From assembly GCA_050260095.1 (NCBI GenBank), contig JBLNBQ010000142.1:7423-71422 (forward strand): DNA of 64,000 nucleotides, written 5' to 3'. This DNA comes from Chitinophagales bacterium. Its GTDB lineage: Bacteria > Bacillota > UBA5301 > DYFA01. Shown piece after piece: positions 43,063-52,170 of the stretch (positions are counted from its first letter, which is position 1; each line of letters opens with the position of its first letter). Under the pieces are notes generated by a model that did no database searches, had not been told where the DNA came from, and was given only the letters and a program-made list of their open reading frames with translations. Both the position numbers and the translations under genes were made by a program.

Positions 43063-43832
43063 AACTGGCCGGCCGCCTGGAGGATTGGCTGCAGGAGCGG
43101 ATCGAGGGTCTCTTCCGCCGGCGGCCGGGGGCCGTGCAGCCGCTGGAGATCGGGCGCCGGTTGGCGCGCCTCATGGAGTTGGAGAAGCGCGTGAGCGTCA
43201 GCGAGGTGTATGCGCCCAACGCCTTCACGGTGAAGCTGGCCCCGGCTGACCACGCCCGGCTCACCAGCCTGGAGGGGCACCTCTCCGACGAACTGGCGCG
43301 GCATCTCGCGGAGGTGGCCCGCCGGCAGGGTTACGCGCTGGTCGGGCCGCTCAGCATCGCCTGGCAGGAGGAGCCCGGCCTCGCCGAGGGAACCTTCGCC
43401 GCGGAGGCGAAGTTCGGCGAGGCGGGCGTGGCTTCTGTCCTGCCCGCAGAGCCGCCGGGCGAGGATACTCTGACCTTCCGCCGCACGGAAGGAAAAGCAG
43501 GTCCGGGGGCGGCGGGCGAGGCCGCGGTGCCGGCGCGTCCTGAGGGTCCAGCCGTGGTCGTCGTACGCGGTCCCGATCTCGGCAAGAGCCTGCGCCTGCA
43601 GCCCGGCGAGAACCGGGTCGGGCGGGGCGAGGAGAATGCGCTGGTGCTCAGCGACGCGAATGCGTCGCGCCGCCATGCGGAGTTCGTCTTCGAGGGAGGC
43701 CGCACTCGGCTGCGCGATCTCAAGAGCCGCAACGGCACCTTCCACAACGGGGTTCGGGTGAATGAAGCGGAAGTAAAGGACGGGGATGAGGTCCAGATCG
43801 GGCTCAACACCCTCCGCTTCCGGGTGAGATAG
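43059..43832 (+). CDS. FhaA-like protein (DUF3662 N-domain plus C-terminal FHA domain)
   Basis: C-terminal FHA signature G.....N.....D..SR.HA......NGT..NG; N-terminal domain resembles FhaA. Confidence 0.72.
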   Translation: MKLAGRLEDWLQERIEGLFRRRPGAVQPLEIGRRLARLMELEKRVSVSEVYAPNAFTVKLAPADHARLTSLEGHLSDELARHLAEVARRQGYALVGPLSIAWQEEPGLAEGTFAAEAKFGEAGVASVLPAEPPGEDTLTFRRTEGKAGPGAAGEAAVPARPEGPAVVVVRGPDLGKSLRLQPGENRVGRGEENALVLSDANASRRHAEFVFEGGRTRLRDLKSRNGTFHNGVRVNEAEVKDGDEVQIGLNTLRFRVR

Positions 43833-43833
43833 C

Positions 43834-44307
43834 GTGCTGGAGCTTATCTTGTGGGCCGGGCGGGCGCTGGTGCTGGTGGGCACCTTCGTGTTTCTCTGGC
43901 GAGTCGTCGGCCAGTTGCGCCTGGGGGTTGCCGGCGTCGCGGCCGCGGAGACAGGCGCTGCGTTCCGGGAGGGGGCCCGGGAGGGGCGCTTGGTCCTGGT
44001 GCAGGACAACTGCGTCGACGGGCTGGTGATACCCGCGGAAGACCGCCGGCTTAGGCTGGGGGACGTCCTCGCGCTGGGGGAGGAGACCACGCTCGGGCGC
44101 GACGAGGCCAACGACGTGGTGGTCGGCGACCGTTTCACCTCTGGACGTCATGCGCGGATTTTCCGGCGCGAGGAAGCCTACTGGGTGGAAGACCTCGGGA
44201 GCAAGAACGGTACCCTCCTCAACGGACACCGCCTTACCCGGCCTCAGCGTCTGGTGAGCGGCGACCGAGTAACGGTTGGAAGCTGCAGTTTTCGTTTCAT
44301 GGGGTGA
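43834..44307 (+). CDS. FhaB/FipA-like membrane-anchored FHA-domain protein
   Basis: N-terminal TM helix then FHA domain (TLGRDEANDVVVGDRFTSGRHARI...GSKNGTLLNG). Confidence 0.72.
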   Translation: MLELILWAGRALVLVGTFVFLWRVVGQLRLGVAGVAAAETGAAFREGAREGRLVLVQDNCVDGLVIPAEDRRLRLGDVLALGEETTLGRDEANDVVVGDRFTSGRHARIFRREEAYWVEDLGSKNGTLLNGHRLTRPQRLVSGDRVTVGSCSFRFMG

Positions 44308-45095
44308 CGGGGATGAGAGTGGGGGCGAAGTCTGATCCTGGCCTGGTGCGGCCCACCAACGAAGACCGTTACGGCGTGCTGCCGGGCTTGCTCGTGGTCG
44401 CCGACGGGATGGGCGGCGTCCAGGCCGGAGAGGTCGCCAGCCAGATGGTGGTCGACCGGCTGATGACCTATCCCTTCGAGGCGCCGGGGCCGGAGGAGCT
44501 GAAGGCCGCGGTGGCAGAGGCCAACCTGGCCATCTTCCGGGCGGCCGGAGAGCGTCCCGAGTGGCACGGGATGGGGACCACGGTGACGGCGGCGCTCCTG
44601 CGGGAAGACCGGTGCTTCATCGCGCAGGTCGGCGATAGCCGGGCTTATCTCATCCGGGATGGCGAGATCAGGCGCCTGACCAACGACCATTCCCTGGTTG
44701 GCGAGCTCCTGCGCAACGGCTCGATCTCTCCCCAGGAAGCCATGCTCCACCCCCAGCGCAACCTCTTGACCCGGGCGCTCGGCACTTCGGCGGAAGTCTT
44801 GGTCGACCTGGTCGAGGTGGGCCTGATGTTCGACGACATCCTCGTGCTCTGCACCGACGGCCTCACGGGGCTCGTCCCCGACGAGGAACTGATGGCGGAG
44901 GTTCTCCGGCACGCCGATCCCCAGGCGGCCGCCGAAGGGCTGGTCGGGCTGGCGAACGCGCGCGGCGGCACCGACAACATCACGGTGATCGTCGCGCACC
45001 TGCTGCCACCGGCTCTCGGCCTGTCCCCGGGCGCTGAGGCGAGCGCGGAAGACCTGGAGAGCCTGCTCGCCTTGGAGGGCGTGAGCGTACGGTGA
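44304..45095 (+). CDS. PP2C-family Ser/Thr protein phosphatase (Stp/PrpC/PstP)
   Basis: DPGLVRPTNED...VADGMGG metal-binding motifs; start GTG 44304 or ATG 44313. Confidence 0.88.
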   Translation: MTGMRVGAKSDPGLVRPTNEDRYGVLPGLLVVADGMGGVQAGEVASQMVVDRLMTYPFEAPGPEELKAAVAEANLAIFRAAGERPEWHGMGTTVTAALLREDRCFIAQVGDSRAYLIRDGEIRRLTNDHSLVGELLRNGSISPQEAMLHPQRNLLTRALGTSAEVLVDLVEVGLMFDDILVLCTDGLTGLVPDEELMAEVLRHADPQAAAEGLVGLANARGGTDNITVIVAHLLPPALGLSPGAEASAEDLESLLALEGVSVR

Positions 45096-46378
45096 GTCGC
45101 GCCACAGAGCGCCGCCTGTTGGTGAGCGCCTTGGGCCTGGTGGCCGGTGCGGCTCTCCTGCTGGCGGTTCACCGGCCCGGTTCCCGCGGCGCGCTGCTCC
45201 TCTTCGTTGCGGCATACGCGGCGTGCTTGTTCGCGGCCCATCTGTCGCTCCTCCGCCTGGCTCCGTCGGCCGACGAGTTCCTGCTGCCGCTGACCGGTCT
45301 GGTCGGCGGCTTCGGTTTGCTCACCCTGTGGCGCCTTCAACCGGGCACCGCCTGGCTCCAGCTCGCCTGGGACGGGCTGGGACTCGCGGTGGCGCTCGCC
45401 GGGGGCGCTGTCTTCCGGTCGTACCGGCGGCTGGCCGCCTACCGCTATGTTGCGGGGGTGGGCGGACTCCTCTTGGTCGCGGTCACGCTGCTCTTCGGCC
45501 GAACCGTCGGCGGCGCCCGGGCCTGGCTCGCCTTCGGGCCGCTGCACTTCGAGCCCTCGGAAGTCACCAAGGTGCTGCTCGTGCTCTTTCTCGCCGGGTA
45601 CCTCGACGAAACGAAAGAGCTGCTCGCCGTGCCCGGCACCCCTTCCCGGTGGGGCATCAGGTGGCCTAACATGCGGTACCTCGGGCCCGTGCTCCTGTTC
45701 TGGGGCGTAGCGATGCTCTTGCTGGTCGGGCAGAACGACCTGGGCGCCGCCCTGCTCTTCTTCGGCATTTTCCTCTCGCAGCTCTACGTGGCGACCGGGC
45801 GCCGCGCGTACGTCGGCGTCGCTCTTCTTCTGGCAGCGGCGGGCGGCTTGGCCGCCTACCGGATCATCCCGCACGTCCGCCTGCGGGTCGCCCTCTGGCT
45901 GAACCCGTGGAGCGACCTTCACGGACGGGGCTACCAAACCGTGGCCTCGCTCTTCTCTCTGGCCGCGGGGGGGATCTGGGGCACCGGCATCGGGGGCGGC
46001 CGGCCCGACCTGATCCCGGCGGTCACCACCGACTACGCCGTCGTTGCCTGGGCCGAGGAGTGGGGTTTCCTGGGGACGGCCGCCCTGATCCTGCTCTTTC
46101 TCACGCTCGTCGCCCGCGCGGTGCAGATCGCCCTGGCGGCCCCCGACGACTACGGACTGCTTTTGGGCACCGGGCTGGCGACCATCCTGGCGATCCAAGG
46201 CGCCACCATCCTGGGCGGGCTGCTCAGGCTCTTCCCGCTCACCGGCATCACCATGCCTTTCTTCAGCTACGGCGGGACCGCCGCCCTGACCGACTTCATG
46301 ATCCTCGGACTCCTGGGCCTGATCTCGGCGGAGAGGGGGCGAGCCGTTGAGCCGGCGGATGGCGCGGGCGGTCCATAA
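45092..46378 (+). CDS. FtsW/RodA/SpoVE-family peptidoglycan glycosyltransferase (SEDS)
   Basis: 428 aa polytopic protein with SEDS motifs (AGGIWGTGIGGG..., FSYGGTA). Confidence 0.88.
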   Translation: MSRATERRLLVSALGLVAGAALLLAVHRPGSRGALLLFVAAYAACLFAAHLSLLRLAPSADEFLLPLTGLVGGFGLLTLWRLQPGTAWLQLAWDGLGLAVALAGGAVFRSYRRLAAYRYVAGVGGLLLVAVTLLFGRTVGGARAWLAFGPLHFEPSEVTKVLLVLFLAGYLDETKELLAVPGTPSRWGIRWPNMRYLGPVLLFWGVAMLLLVGQNDLGAALLFFGIFLSQLYVATGRRAYVGVALLLAAAGGLAAYRIIPHVRLRVALWLNPWSDLHGRGYQTVASLFSLAAGGIWGTGIGGGRPDLIPAVTTDYAVVAWAEEWGFLGTAALILLFLTLVARAVQIALAAPDDYGLLLGTGLATILAIQGATILGGLLRLFPLTGITMPFFSYGGTAALTDFMILGLLGLISAERGRAVEPADGAGGP

Positions 46379-47759
46379 CCTGTTTTTGATCTTCACCGCT
46401 TTCTGCGTGCTCGCCGTGGGCTCCGCCGCCTACTGGCAGATCTGGCGCGGGCCTTCGCTGCGCGCCGACGCCCGCAACCCGCGGCTGCGCTATGAGGCCC
46501 CGGCCCGGCGAGGAGGAATCCTGTCGGCGGACGGCGAAGTGCTGGTCCAAAGCGTGCGGGCGTCCGACGGGCGCTGGGTCAGGGTGTATACGGCCTATCC
46601 GGGCCTCGCCCAGACCCTCGGCTACGTCTCTCCGCGCTACGGCGTCTCCGGGCTCGAGGCCGCCTACGATGGGCACCTCCGAGGCGTCGAGCCGGTGACC
46701 CGGGCGATGGCGCTGGTGGCTAGCCTCCGGGGGGGTGGGGGTGGCAGCCCGTACGTGCGCACGACCATCCGCAGTTCCGTGCAGGCCGTGGCCGAGCGTT
46801 GGATGGCGGGGCGTCGCGGCGCGCTGGTAGCCGTCGACCCTCGCACCGGGGCGATCCTGGCGCTCGTGAGCCTGCCGGGCTTCGCTCCGGGTGAGGTCGA
46901 GCCCGCGTGGGACCGGCTGGTGGCCCGGGCCGACAGTCCCCTCTTGAACAGAGCGCTGAGCGGGCTGTACCCGCCCGGCTCGGTCTTCAAGCCCGTGGTC
47001 GCTTTGGCCGCGCTTGAGGCCGCCAAGACCCATCCCGCCGAAGTCTTTCGCTGCACCGGCCGGCGCCAGGTCGACGGGCAGGTGATCACCGACCTGAACG
47101 GAGCGGTTCACGGGCGGATTTCCCTGCCTGAAGCGATGCGCGTTTCATGCAACTATGTCTTTTCCGGTTTGGCGATGCGCCTGAGCCCGGGGGCGCTCGC
47201 CGGGGCGACCCGGCGTTACGGCGTGTTGGCGCCGGCCGCGGTGGGTTTGCCGTCGGCCGCCGGGCGCTTTCCGGCCGCGGGCGACCTGCGGCAGAGGGAC
47301 CTCGCTGAACTCGGCATCGGCCAAGGAAGCCTGTTGGTCACCCCGCTGGGCTTGGCGCGGTTTGCGGCGACGCTGGCCCGGGGCGGGGTGCGGGTGGAAC
47401 CGCGGCTGGTGGAACGGTTGGGCGTGTCCGGGGGCCTCGAATGGGCGCCGGGCTGGCGAGCGTGGCGGGCCGCGCCGCGCGTGGTGGCCGCCGAGGCCGC
47501 GGCCGAGGTCGGGGAGATGCTCGCCGGAGTCGTGCGCAGCGGCACCGGTTGGCGCGCCGCGCTTCCGGGTGCGGGCGTCGCCGGCAAGACGGGTTCCGCC
47601 GAGAACCCCCATGGTCCGCCGCACGCCTGGTTCATCGGCTACGCTCCGGCGGAACGGCCGCAAGTGGCCGTGGCGGTGGTGATCGAAAACGGAGGCCTGG
47701 GTGGAGAGGTGGCGGCGCCGGTGGCCCGGGAAGTCATCGCGGCGGCGCTGAAGCATTGA
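46359..47759 (+). CDS. class B penicillin-binding protein (PbpA-like transpeptidase)
   Basis: N-terminal TM anchor; transpeptidase motifs SVFK (SxxK), SCN (SxN), KTGS (KTG); start ATG 46359 or TTG 46347, overlapping the SEDS gene end. Confidence 0.85.
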   Translation: MARAVHNLFLIFTAFCVLAVGSAAYWQIWRGPSLRADARNPRLRYEAPARRGGILSADGEVLVQSVRASDGRWVRVYTAYPGLAQTLGYVSPRYGVSGLEAAYDGHLRGVEPVTRAMALVASLRGGGGGSPYVRTTIRSSVQAVAERWMAGRRGALVAVDPRTGAILALVSLPGFAPGEVEPAWDRLVARADSPLLNRALSGLYPPGSVFKPVVALAALEAAKTHPAEVFRCTGRRQVDGQVITDLNGAVHGRISLPEAMRVSCNYVFSGLAMRLSPGALAGATRRYGVLAPAAVGLPSAAGRFPAAGDLRQRDLAELGIGQGSLLVTPLGLARFAATLARGGVRVEPRLVERLGVSGGLEWAPGWRAWRAAPRVVAAEAAAEVGEMLAGVVRSGTGWRAALPGAGVAGKTGSAENPHGPPHAWFIGYAPAERPQVAVAVVIENGGLGGEVAAPVAREVIAAALKH

Positions 47760-47760
47760 G

Positions 47761-49665
47761 GTGGTGCGTGTGGGCGAGAGGTCGCTGACCAGCCGTTACC
47801 AATTGATTGAGAAGATCGGCGAGGGCGGCATGGCTCTGGTGTACCGGGGCCTGGATACGCTGCTTCACCGCGAAGTTGCGATCAAGGTGCTGCGGGAGCA
47901 GTACGCCTCCGACGAGCAGTTCGTCGAGCGTTTCCGTCGCGAGGCGCAGGCGGCCGCGAGCCTGTCCCATCCCAATGTGGTCAACATCTACGATGTCGGT
48001 GAGGTCGACGGCACGCACTTCATCGTCATGGAATACGTGCACGGCCGCAGCCTGCGGCGCGTGATCCAAGAAGAAGGGCAACTCTCGCCCGCCCGCGCTG
48101 CCCGCTATGCGCTGCAGATCTGTGAGGCCCTGCAGGCCGCGCACGACCATGGCCTGGTCCACCGCGACATCAAACCCCACAACATCCTTATCACCCCCGA
48201 CGACCGGGTGAAGGTGACCGACTTCGGCATCGCCCGGGCGGCTTCGAGTTCGACGCTCACGCAGACCGGGATCATCATCGGGTCGGTGCACTACTTCTCG
48301 CCCGAACAGGCGAAAGGGGTCAACACCGGGCCGCAGTCCGATCTTTACTCCCTGGGCATCGTCCTCTACGAGATGCTCACCGGCGAAGTCCCCTTTTCGG
48401 GCGAATCGCCCATCGCGGTAGCGCTTAAGCAGATCGAGGAACCGGCGCCTTTGGTGACCGACAAGCGGCCCGACTGCCCCGCGGCCCTCGGGCGCATCGT
48501 TGAGAAGGCACTCGTCAAGGATACAGGGACACGCTATCGCGACGCGGCGCAGATGGCCGCCGACCTGCGGCGGTTCCTTTGGACGGTCGAGCCGGAGCGC
48601 CCCGAAGAGGCCGACGCGTACGCGACCCGCATGCTCAGCGCTGGTGAGTGGCAGAGCGGCGCGGTCGGCCGCGGCCGGGAGGCGCGCCACCGCCGCCGCG
48701 GCGGCCCGTGGCTGTGGGTGGCGCTGGTCGCCGTGGCCTTGGCCGCCGGGGCAGGGGCGGTTCCGTTCCTCCGGGGCTGGTTCGTGGTCCCGGAGGTGCC
48801 GGTGCCCGATCTCACCGGAAAGCCGGTGGAGGAGGCGCGGCGGATGCTGGCCGACCGGCGGCTCACCCTGGAGATCGCCGGGCGCGCCTTTCACGAGCAG
48901 ATACCGGTCGACCACGTGATCTCCCAGGATCCGCTGCCCAGCCGCACCGTCAAGGTCAACCGGAGCGTGCGCGTCACGGTCAGCAAGGGCCCGGAGTTGG
49001 TGGTCGTGCCCGATCTGACCGGACAGGACTTGCGGGAGGCCGAGGTAACGCTCTCCCAGGTCGGGTTGCGGATCGGAGAGCGAACCGACGGCTTTTCGAC
49101 GGAGATCCAGCCCGGCTTCATCATGGGTCAGGACCCGCCGCCTTTCGGGCGCCTGGAGAAGGGGCTTCCGGTTAACCTCGTCATCAGCCGGGGTCCGTCC
49201 CCGACCACTGCCACGCTCATGCCGAATCTCATGGGCATGAGTTATGACGAAGCCACGGCCTTGCTCTCGTCCCTGGGCTTGACCGTCGGCCGGGTGATCC
49301 AGGAGGTGCGGCCGGCCAACGCTTTCCGGCCCGGGACAGTGCTTGACCAGAACCCCGCGCCCGAGACGCCGGTGACGTCGGGCACGGCGGTGGACCTGGT
49401 GGTCAGCCGGGCTCCCGGGCAGGAGACGGCGCTCCCGGGCGCCGCTCGGGTGAAGCGCGCCACCGTCACCGTGACCGTGCCGCCCGGCCCGCCGGAGCAG
49501 GTCGTCAGCATCACGGTAATCGACGCGCAGGGGTCGCGCGAGGTCTACCGGCAGACCCATGCCCCGGCAGACCGGGTTGTCCGCCAGGTGCAGGGCGTAG
49601 GCGACCGGCTCAAGGTCAGAGTGTACCTGGATGGGGTTCTGGCCAAGGAAGAAACGATGGAGTAG
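47761..49665 (+). CDS. Ser/Thr protein kinase with C-terminal PASTA repeats (PknB/PrkC)
   Basis: Hanks kinase motifs GEGGMALVY, HRDIKPHNIL, DFGIA; TM segment; three PASTA-like repeats plus an extra C-terminal beta-rich domain. Confidence 0.92.
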   Translation: MVRVGERSLTSRYQLIEKIGEGGMALVYRGLDTLLHREVAIKVLREQYASDEQFVERFRREAQAAASLSHPNVVNIYDVGEVDGTHFIVMEYVHGRSLRRVIQEEGQLSPARAARYALQICEALQAAHDHGLVHRDIKPHNILITPDDRVKVTDFGIARAASSSTLTQTGIIIGSVHYFSPEQAKGVNTGPQSDLYSLGIVLYEMLTGEVPFSGESPIAVALKQIEEPAPLVTDKRPDCPAALGRIVEKALVKDTGTRYRDAAQMAADLRRFLWTVEPERPEEADAYATRMLSAGEWQSGAVGRGREARHRRRGGPWLWVALVAVALAAGAGAVPFLRGWFVVPEVPVPDLTGKPVEEARRMLADRRLTLEIAGRAFHEQIPVDHVISQDPLPSRTVKVNRSVRVTVSKGPELVVVPDLTGQDLREAEVTLSQVGLRIGERTDGFSTEIQPGFIMGQDPPPFGRLEKGLPVNLVISRGPSPTTATLMPNLMGMSYDEATALLSSLGLTVGRVIQEVRPANAFRPGTVLDQNPAPETPVTSGTAVDLVVSRAPGQETALPGAARVKRATVTVTVPPGPPEQVVSITVIDAQGSREVYRQTHAPADRVVRQVQGVGDRLKVRVYLDGVLAKEETME

Positions 49666-49668
49666 GGG

Positions 49669-50568
49669 ATGAGCAGCCAGTTGGAGGAGGGCGTGGTCGT
49701 CCGGGGTTACGGCGGCTTCTATTACGTTCTCCCGGCTTCGCTTGCGGGCGAGCCTGTCCCTTGCCGGGTGAGAGGCAAGCTGAAGCGCACCGCCGGCCGC
49801 CTGCTGGTCGGAGAGCGGGTGAGCTACGAACCGCCTGAGGCACCCGGGCAGGAGGGCGTGATCGAAGCCCACCTGCCGCGCCGGAGCGAACTGGAGCGGC
49901 CCCCGATCGCGAACGTCGACCAGCTGGTGGCCGTCATGTCGGCAGCTAAGCCTCCGCCCGATCTGCTGCAGGTTGACCGGCTGCTCTGCTGGGCGGGGTC
50001 GCGGGGGCTCAGCGCAGCGGTCTGCCTGAACAAGGCGGATCTGCTCGGCGAGGCGGAGGCGGACGCGCTGCTGCGCTGCTACCGCGAGGCCGGCCGCCCG
50101 GCGCTGGCCGTGTCGGCCCGCACCGGGCTGCACCTAGGCGAACTCGCCGCCCTGCTCAAGGGGCGCATCTCCGTCTTGGCCGGACGGTCCGGGAGCGGGA
50201 AGACCTCGCTGACCAACCGTCTGGTGCCCGGGCGCCACGGGCGCACCGGCGAGGTGAGCCGGAAGCTCGGCCAAGGCCGGCAGACCACCCGCCATGTCGA
50301 GTTGATCGTCCTGCCGGAGGGAGGCCTTCTGGCCGACACCCCGGGTTTTTCGAGCGTCGAGGAACTGCCGCTCACCCCGGAGGAGGTGGCCGCCCAATAC
50401 CCGGAGTGGGACGACCTCGCGGCCGGTTGCCGCTTCCGCGGCTGCCTGCATGATCAGGAACCCGGGTGTGCGGTGAAGGCGGCCGTGGCCGAAGGAGCTC
50501 TCTCGGCCGACCGGCACCGCCGCTATCTCATGCTGTTGAAGGAGGCGCGGGAACGGCGCCTCTGGTGA
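49669..50568 (+). CDS. rsgA: ribosome small-subunit-dependent GTPase A
   Basis: Circularly permuted GTPase (NKADL, GRSGSGKTSL) and C-terminal zinc-finger cysteines. Confidence 0.9.
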   Translation: MSSQLEEGVVVRGYGGFYYVLPASLAGEPVPCRVRGKLKRTAGRLLVGERVSYEPPEAPGQEGVIEAHLPRRSELERPPIANVDQLVAVMSAAKPPPDLLQVDRLLCWAGSRGLSAAVCLNKADLLGEAEADALLRCYREAGRPALAVSARTGLHLGELAALLKGRISVLAGRSGSGKTSLTNRLVPGRHGRTGEVSRKLGQGRQTTRHVELIVLPEGGLLADTPGFSSVEELPLTPEEVAAQYPEWDDLAAGCRFRGCLHDQEPGCAVKAAVAEGALSADRHRRYLMLLKEARERRLW

Positions 50569-50582
50569 GGGGGACTTGCGTC

Positions 50583-51239
50583 GTGAACAAAGGCGCCCTG
50601 CCCTGGGTCGCTCCGTCGATCCTCTCGGCCAACTTCGCCCGCCTGGCCGAGGAGGTGCATCGCTTGGACGGGGCCGACCTCTTGCACGTGGACGTGATGG
50701 ACGGGCATTTCGTCCCGAACCTCACCATCGGGCCGGGGGTCGTGGCCGCCCTGCACGCCGAGACCAGCCTGCCACTGGACGTCCACCTCATGATCAGCAA
50801 CCCCGACCTCTACCTGGACGAGTTCGCCAAGGCGGGCGCCACCTACCTCACCGTGCACGCCGAAGCCTGCCCCCACCTCTATCGGACGGTCCAGACCATC
50901 AAGTCGCTGGGAGTCAAGGCCGGCGTCGCCGTGAACCCCGCCACGCCCCTCGCCGCCGTCGAGCACGTGCTGGACCAAGTCGACCTCGTACTGATCATGA
51001 CCGTCGAACCGGGCTTCGGCGGCCAGCGGTTCATCCCGGGGATGCTACCGAAACTGCGCCGGCTCACCGAATGGTGCGCCGCGCTCCCCTCGCCGCCGCT
51101 GCGCGAGGTCGACGGTGGAGTCAGCCCCGCCACCGCGCCAGGGCTTCTGGCGGCCGGAGCGCAAATCCTGGTGGCGGGGTCGGCGGTCTTTGGGGCTCCG
51201 GACCGGACGGCGGCGATTGCGGCGCTGCGGGCAACCTGA
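50583..51239 (+). CDS. rpe: ribulose-phosphate 3-epimerase
   Basis: GTG 50583 after RBS GGTGAGGGGGA; PSILSANF...HVDVMDGHFVPN RPE motifs; N-terminal 39 aa of track ORF 50466..51239 rejected. Confidence 0.9.
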   Translation: MNKGALPWVAPSILSANFARLAEEVHRLDGADLLHVDVMDGHFVPNLTIGPGVVAALHAETSLPLDVHLMISNPDLYLDEFAKAGATYLTVHAEACPHLYRTVQTIKSLGVKAGVAVNPATPLAAVEHVLDQVDLVLIMTVEPGFGGQRFIPGMLPKLRRLTEWCAALPSPPLREVDGGVSPATAPGLLAAGAQILVAGSAVFGAPDRTAAIAALRAT

Positions 51240-52170
51240 TGGCTCCCTCCAGGGCGTCATAGGTGAAGACGCGCCGGCGGTCCCCAAGGCCGTCGGCCAC
51301 CAGCACCGAGTGGTGAACGACCGGCACGTGAAGGAGCGCTGCGGCGAACGGCCGCACCAGCGCCCGGGGACGGAACCGGTCTTTCTGTTCGCGCAGCCTT
51401 CGGGCGCGGTGCGTTTCGACCTGCGCCACGGCTTCGGGGTCGTCGCGCGCCTCCCGCCGCAGTTCGTCGTAGAACTCGCCAAGGCGGGCCGCCTCTTCTT
51501 CGTAGCGCCGGAGCGACTCCGCGGCCCAGGCGGCATCCTCCCGGCTCAGCTCTTCCACCACGCCCGCCAGCAGGGCGAGGTAAGCCTTGCGGTACGCCAT
51601 CCGCCGGCGGCGTTCCGGACCCTGCGGGGAGCCCACCGCCGCCGCGAGCGCCGGCCGGTAGTCGGGCCGCACGGCGCCGGTCACGAGGTTCATCCCGGGC
51701 ACGTGGATGGACTCCCGGCGCTCCACGCCCACCCGGGCGGCCACGAACCCAACCAGAAGGTGGGTCTCCCATTCCTGGCGGTCCGCCACCACGTACGCCT
51801 CCGGAAAGTTGCGGCCGCCCCCTTCCTGGGAGAGAAGACGCCTCAGGGCGCCCTCCGCCGCGCCCCGGGGGACGGGGGGTAGGTAGCCCTGGCTGAGCCG
51901 GCCCTTGCGACGAATCCAGGAAAGGAACCGCTCCAACCGGAAGGAGCCGGGAGCGACCAGGTCGGCCTCGGGGTGGACCGCAACCGTCTCCGGCGAAAAG
52001 GCGAGGAGTAGGGTGGCCGGCTGAGCCCACCGGCCCTCCAGTTCGCTCATGGCCTCCTGGGAAAGGTCGGCCAACAGGCACCCGTCGCGCCACCCGCACG
52101 GGACCCCCGCCGCGCCGAAGAGGTTCTCCACGAGCGCCCGGACGCGTTCGCCCTGGCCTTCGCCGGTCAT
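51121..52170 (-). CDS. hypothetical protein co-transcribed with the SNF2 helicase (349 aa, Pro-rich C-terminal tail)
   Basis: ATG for MTGEGQGERV overlaps the helicase stop as ATGA; it corresponds to the C-terminal 349 codons of track ORF 51121..53811, whose upstream part lies in a different frame over the helicase gene; no recognisable domain. Confidence 0.5.
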   Translation of the reverse strand: MTGEGQGERVRALVENLFGAAGVPCGWRDGCLLADLSQEAMSELEGRWAQPATLLLAFSPETVAVHPEADLVAPGSFRLERFLSWIRRKGRLSQGYLPPVPRGAAEGALRRLLSQEGGGRNFPEAYVVADRQEWETHLLVGFVAARVGVERRESIHVPGMNLVTGAVRPDYRPALAAAVGSPQGPERRRRMAYRKAYLALLAGVVEELSREDAAWAAESLRRYEEEAARLGEFYDELRREARDDPEAVAQVETHRARRLREQKDRFRPRALVRPFAAALLHVPVVHHSVLVADGLGDRRRVFTYDALEGAIRLPAAPQSPPSGPEPQRPPTPPPGFALRPPEALARWRG

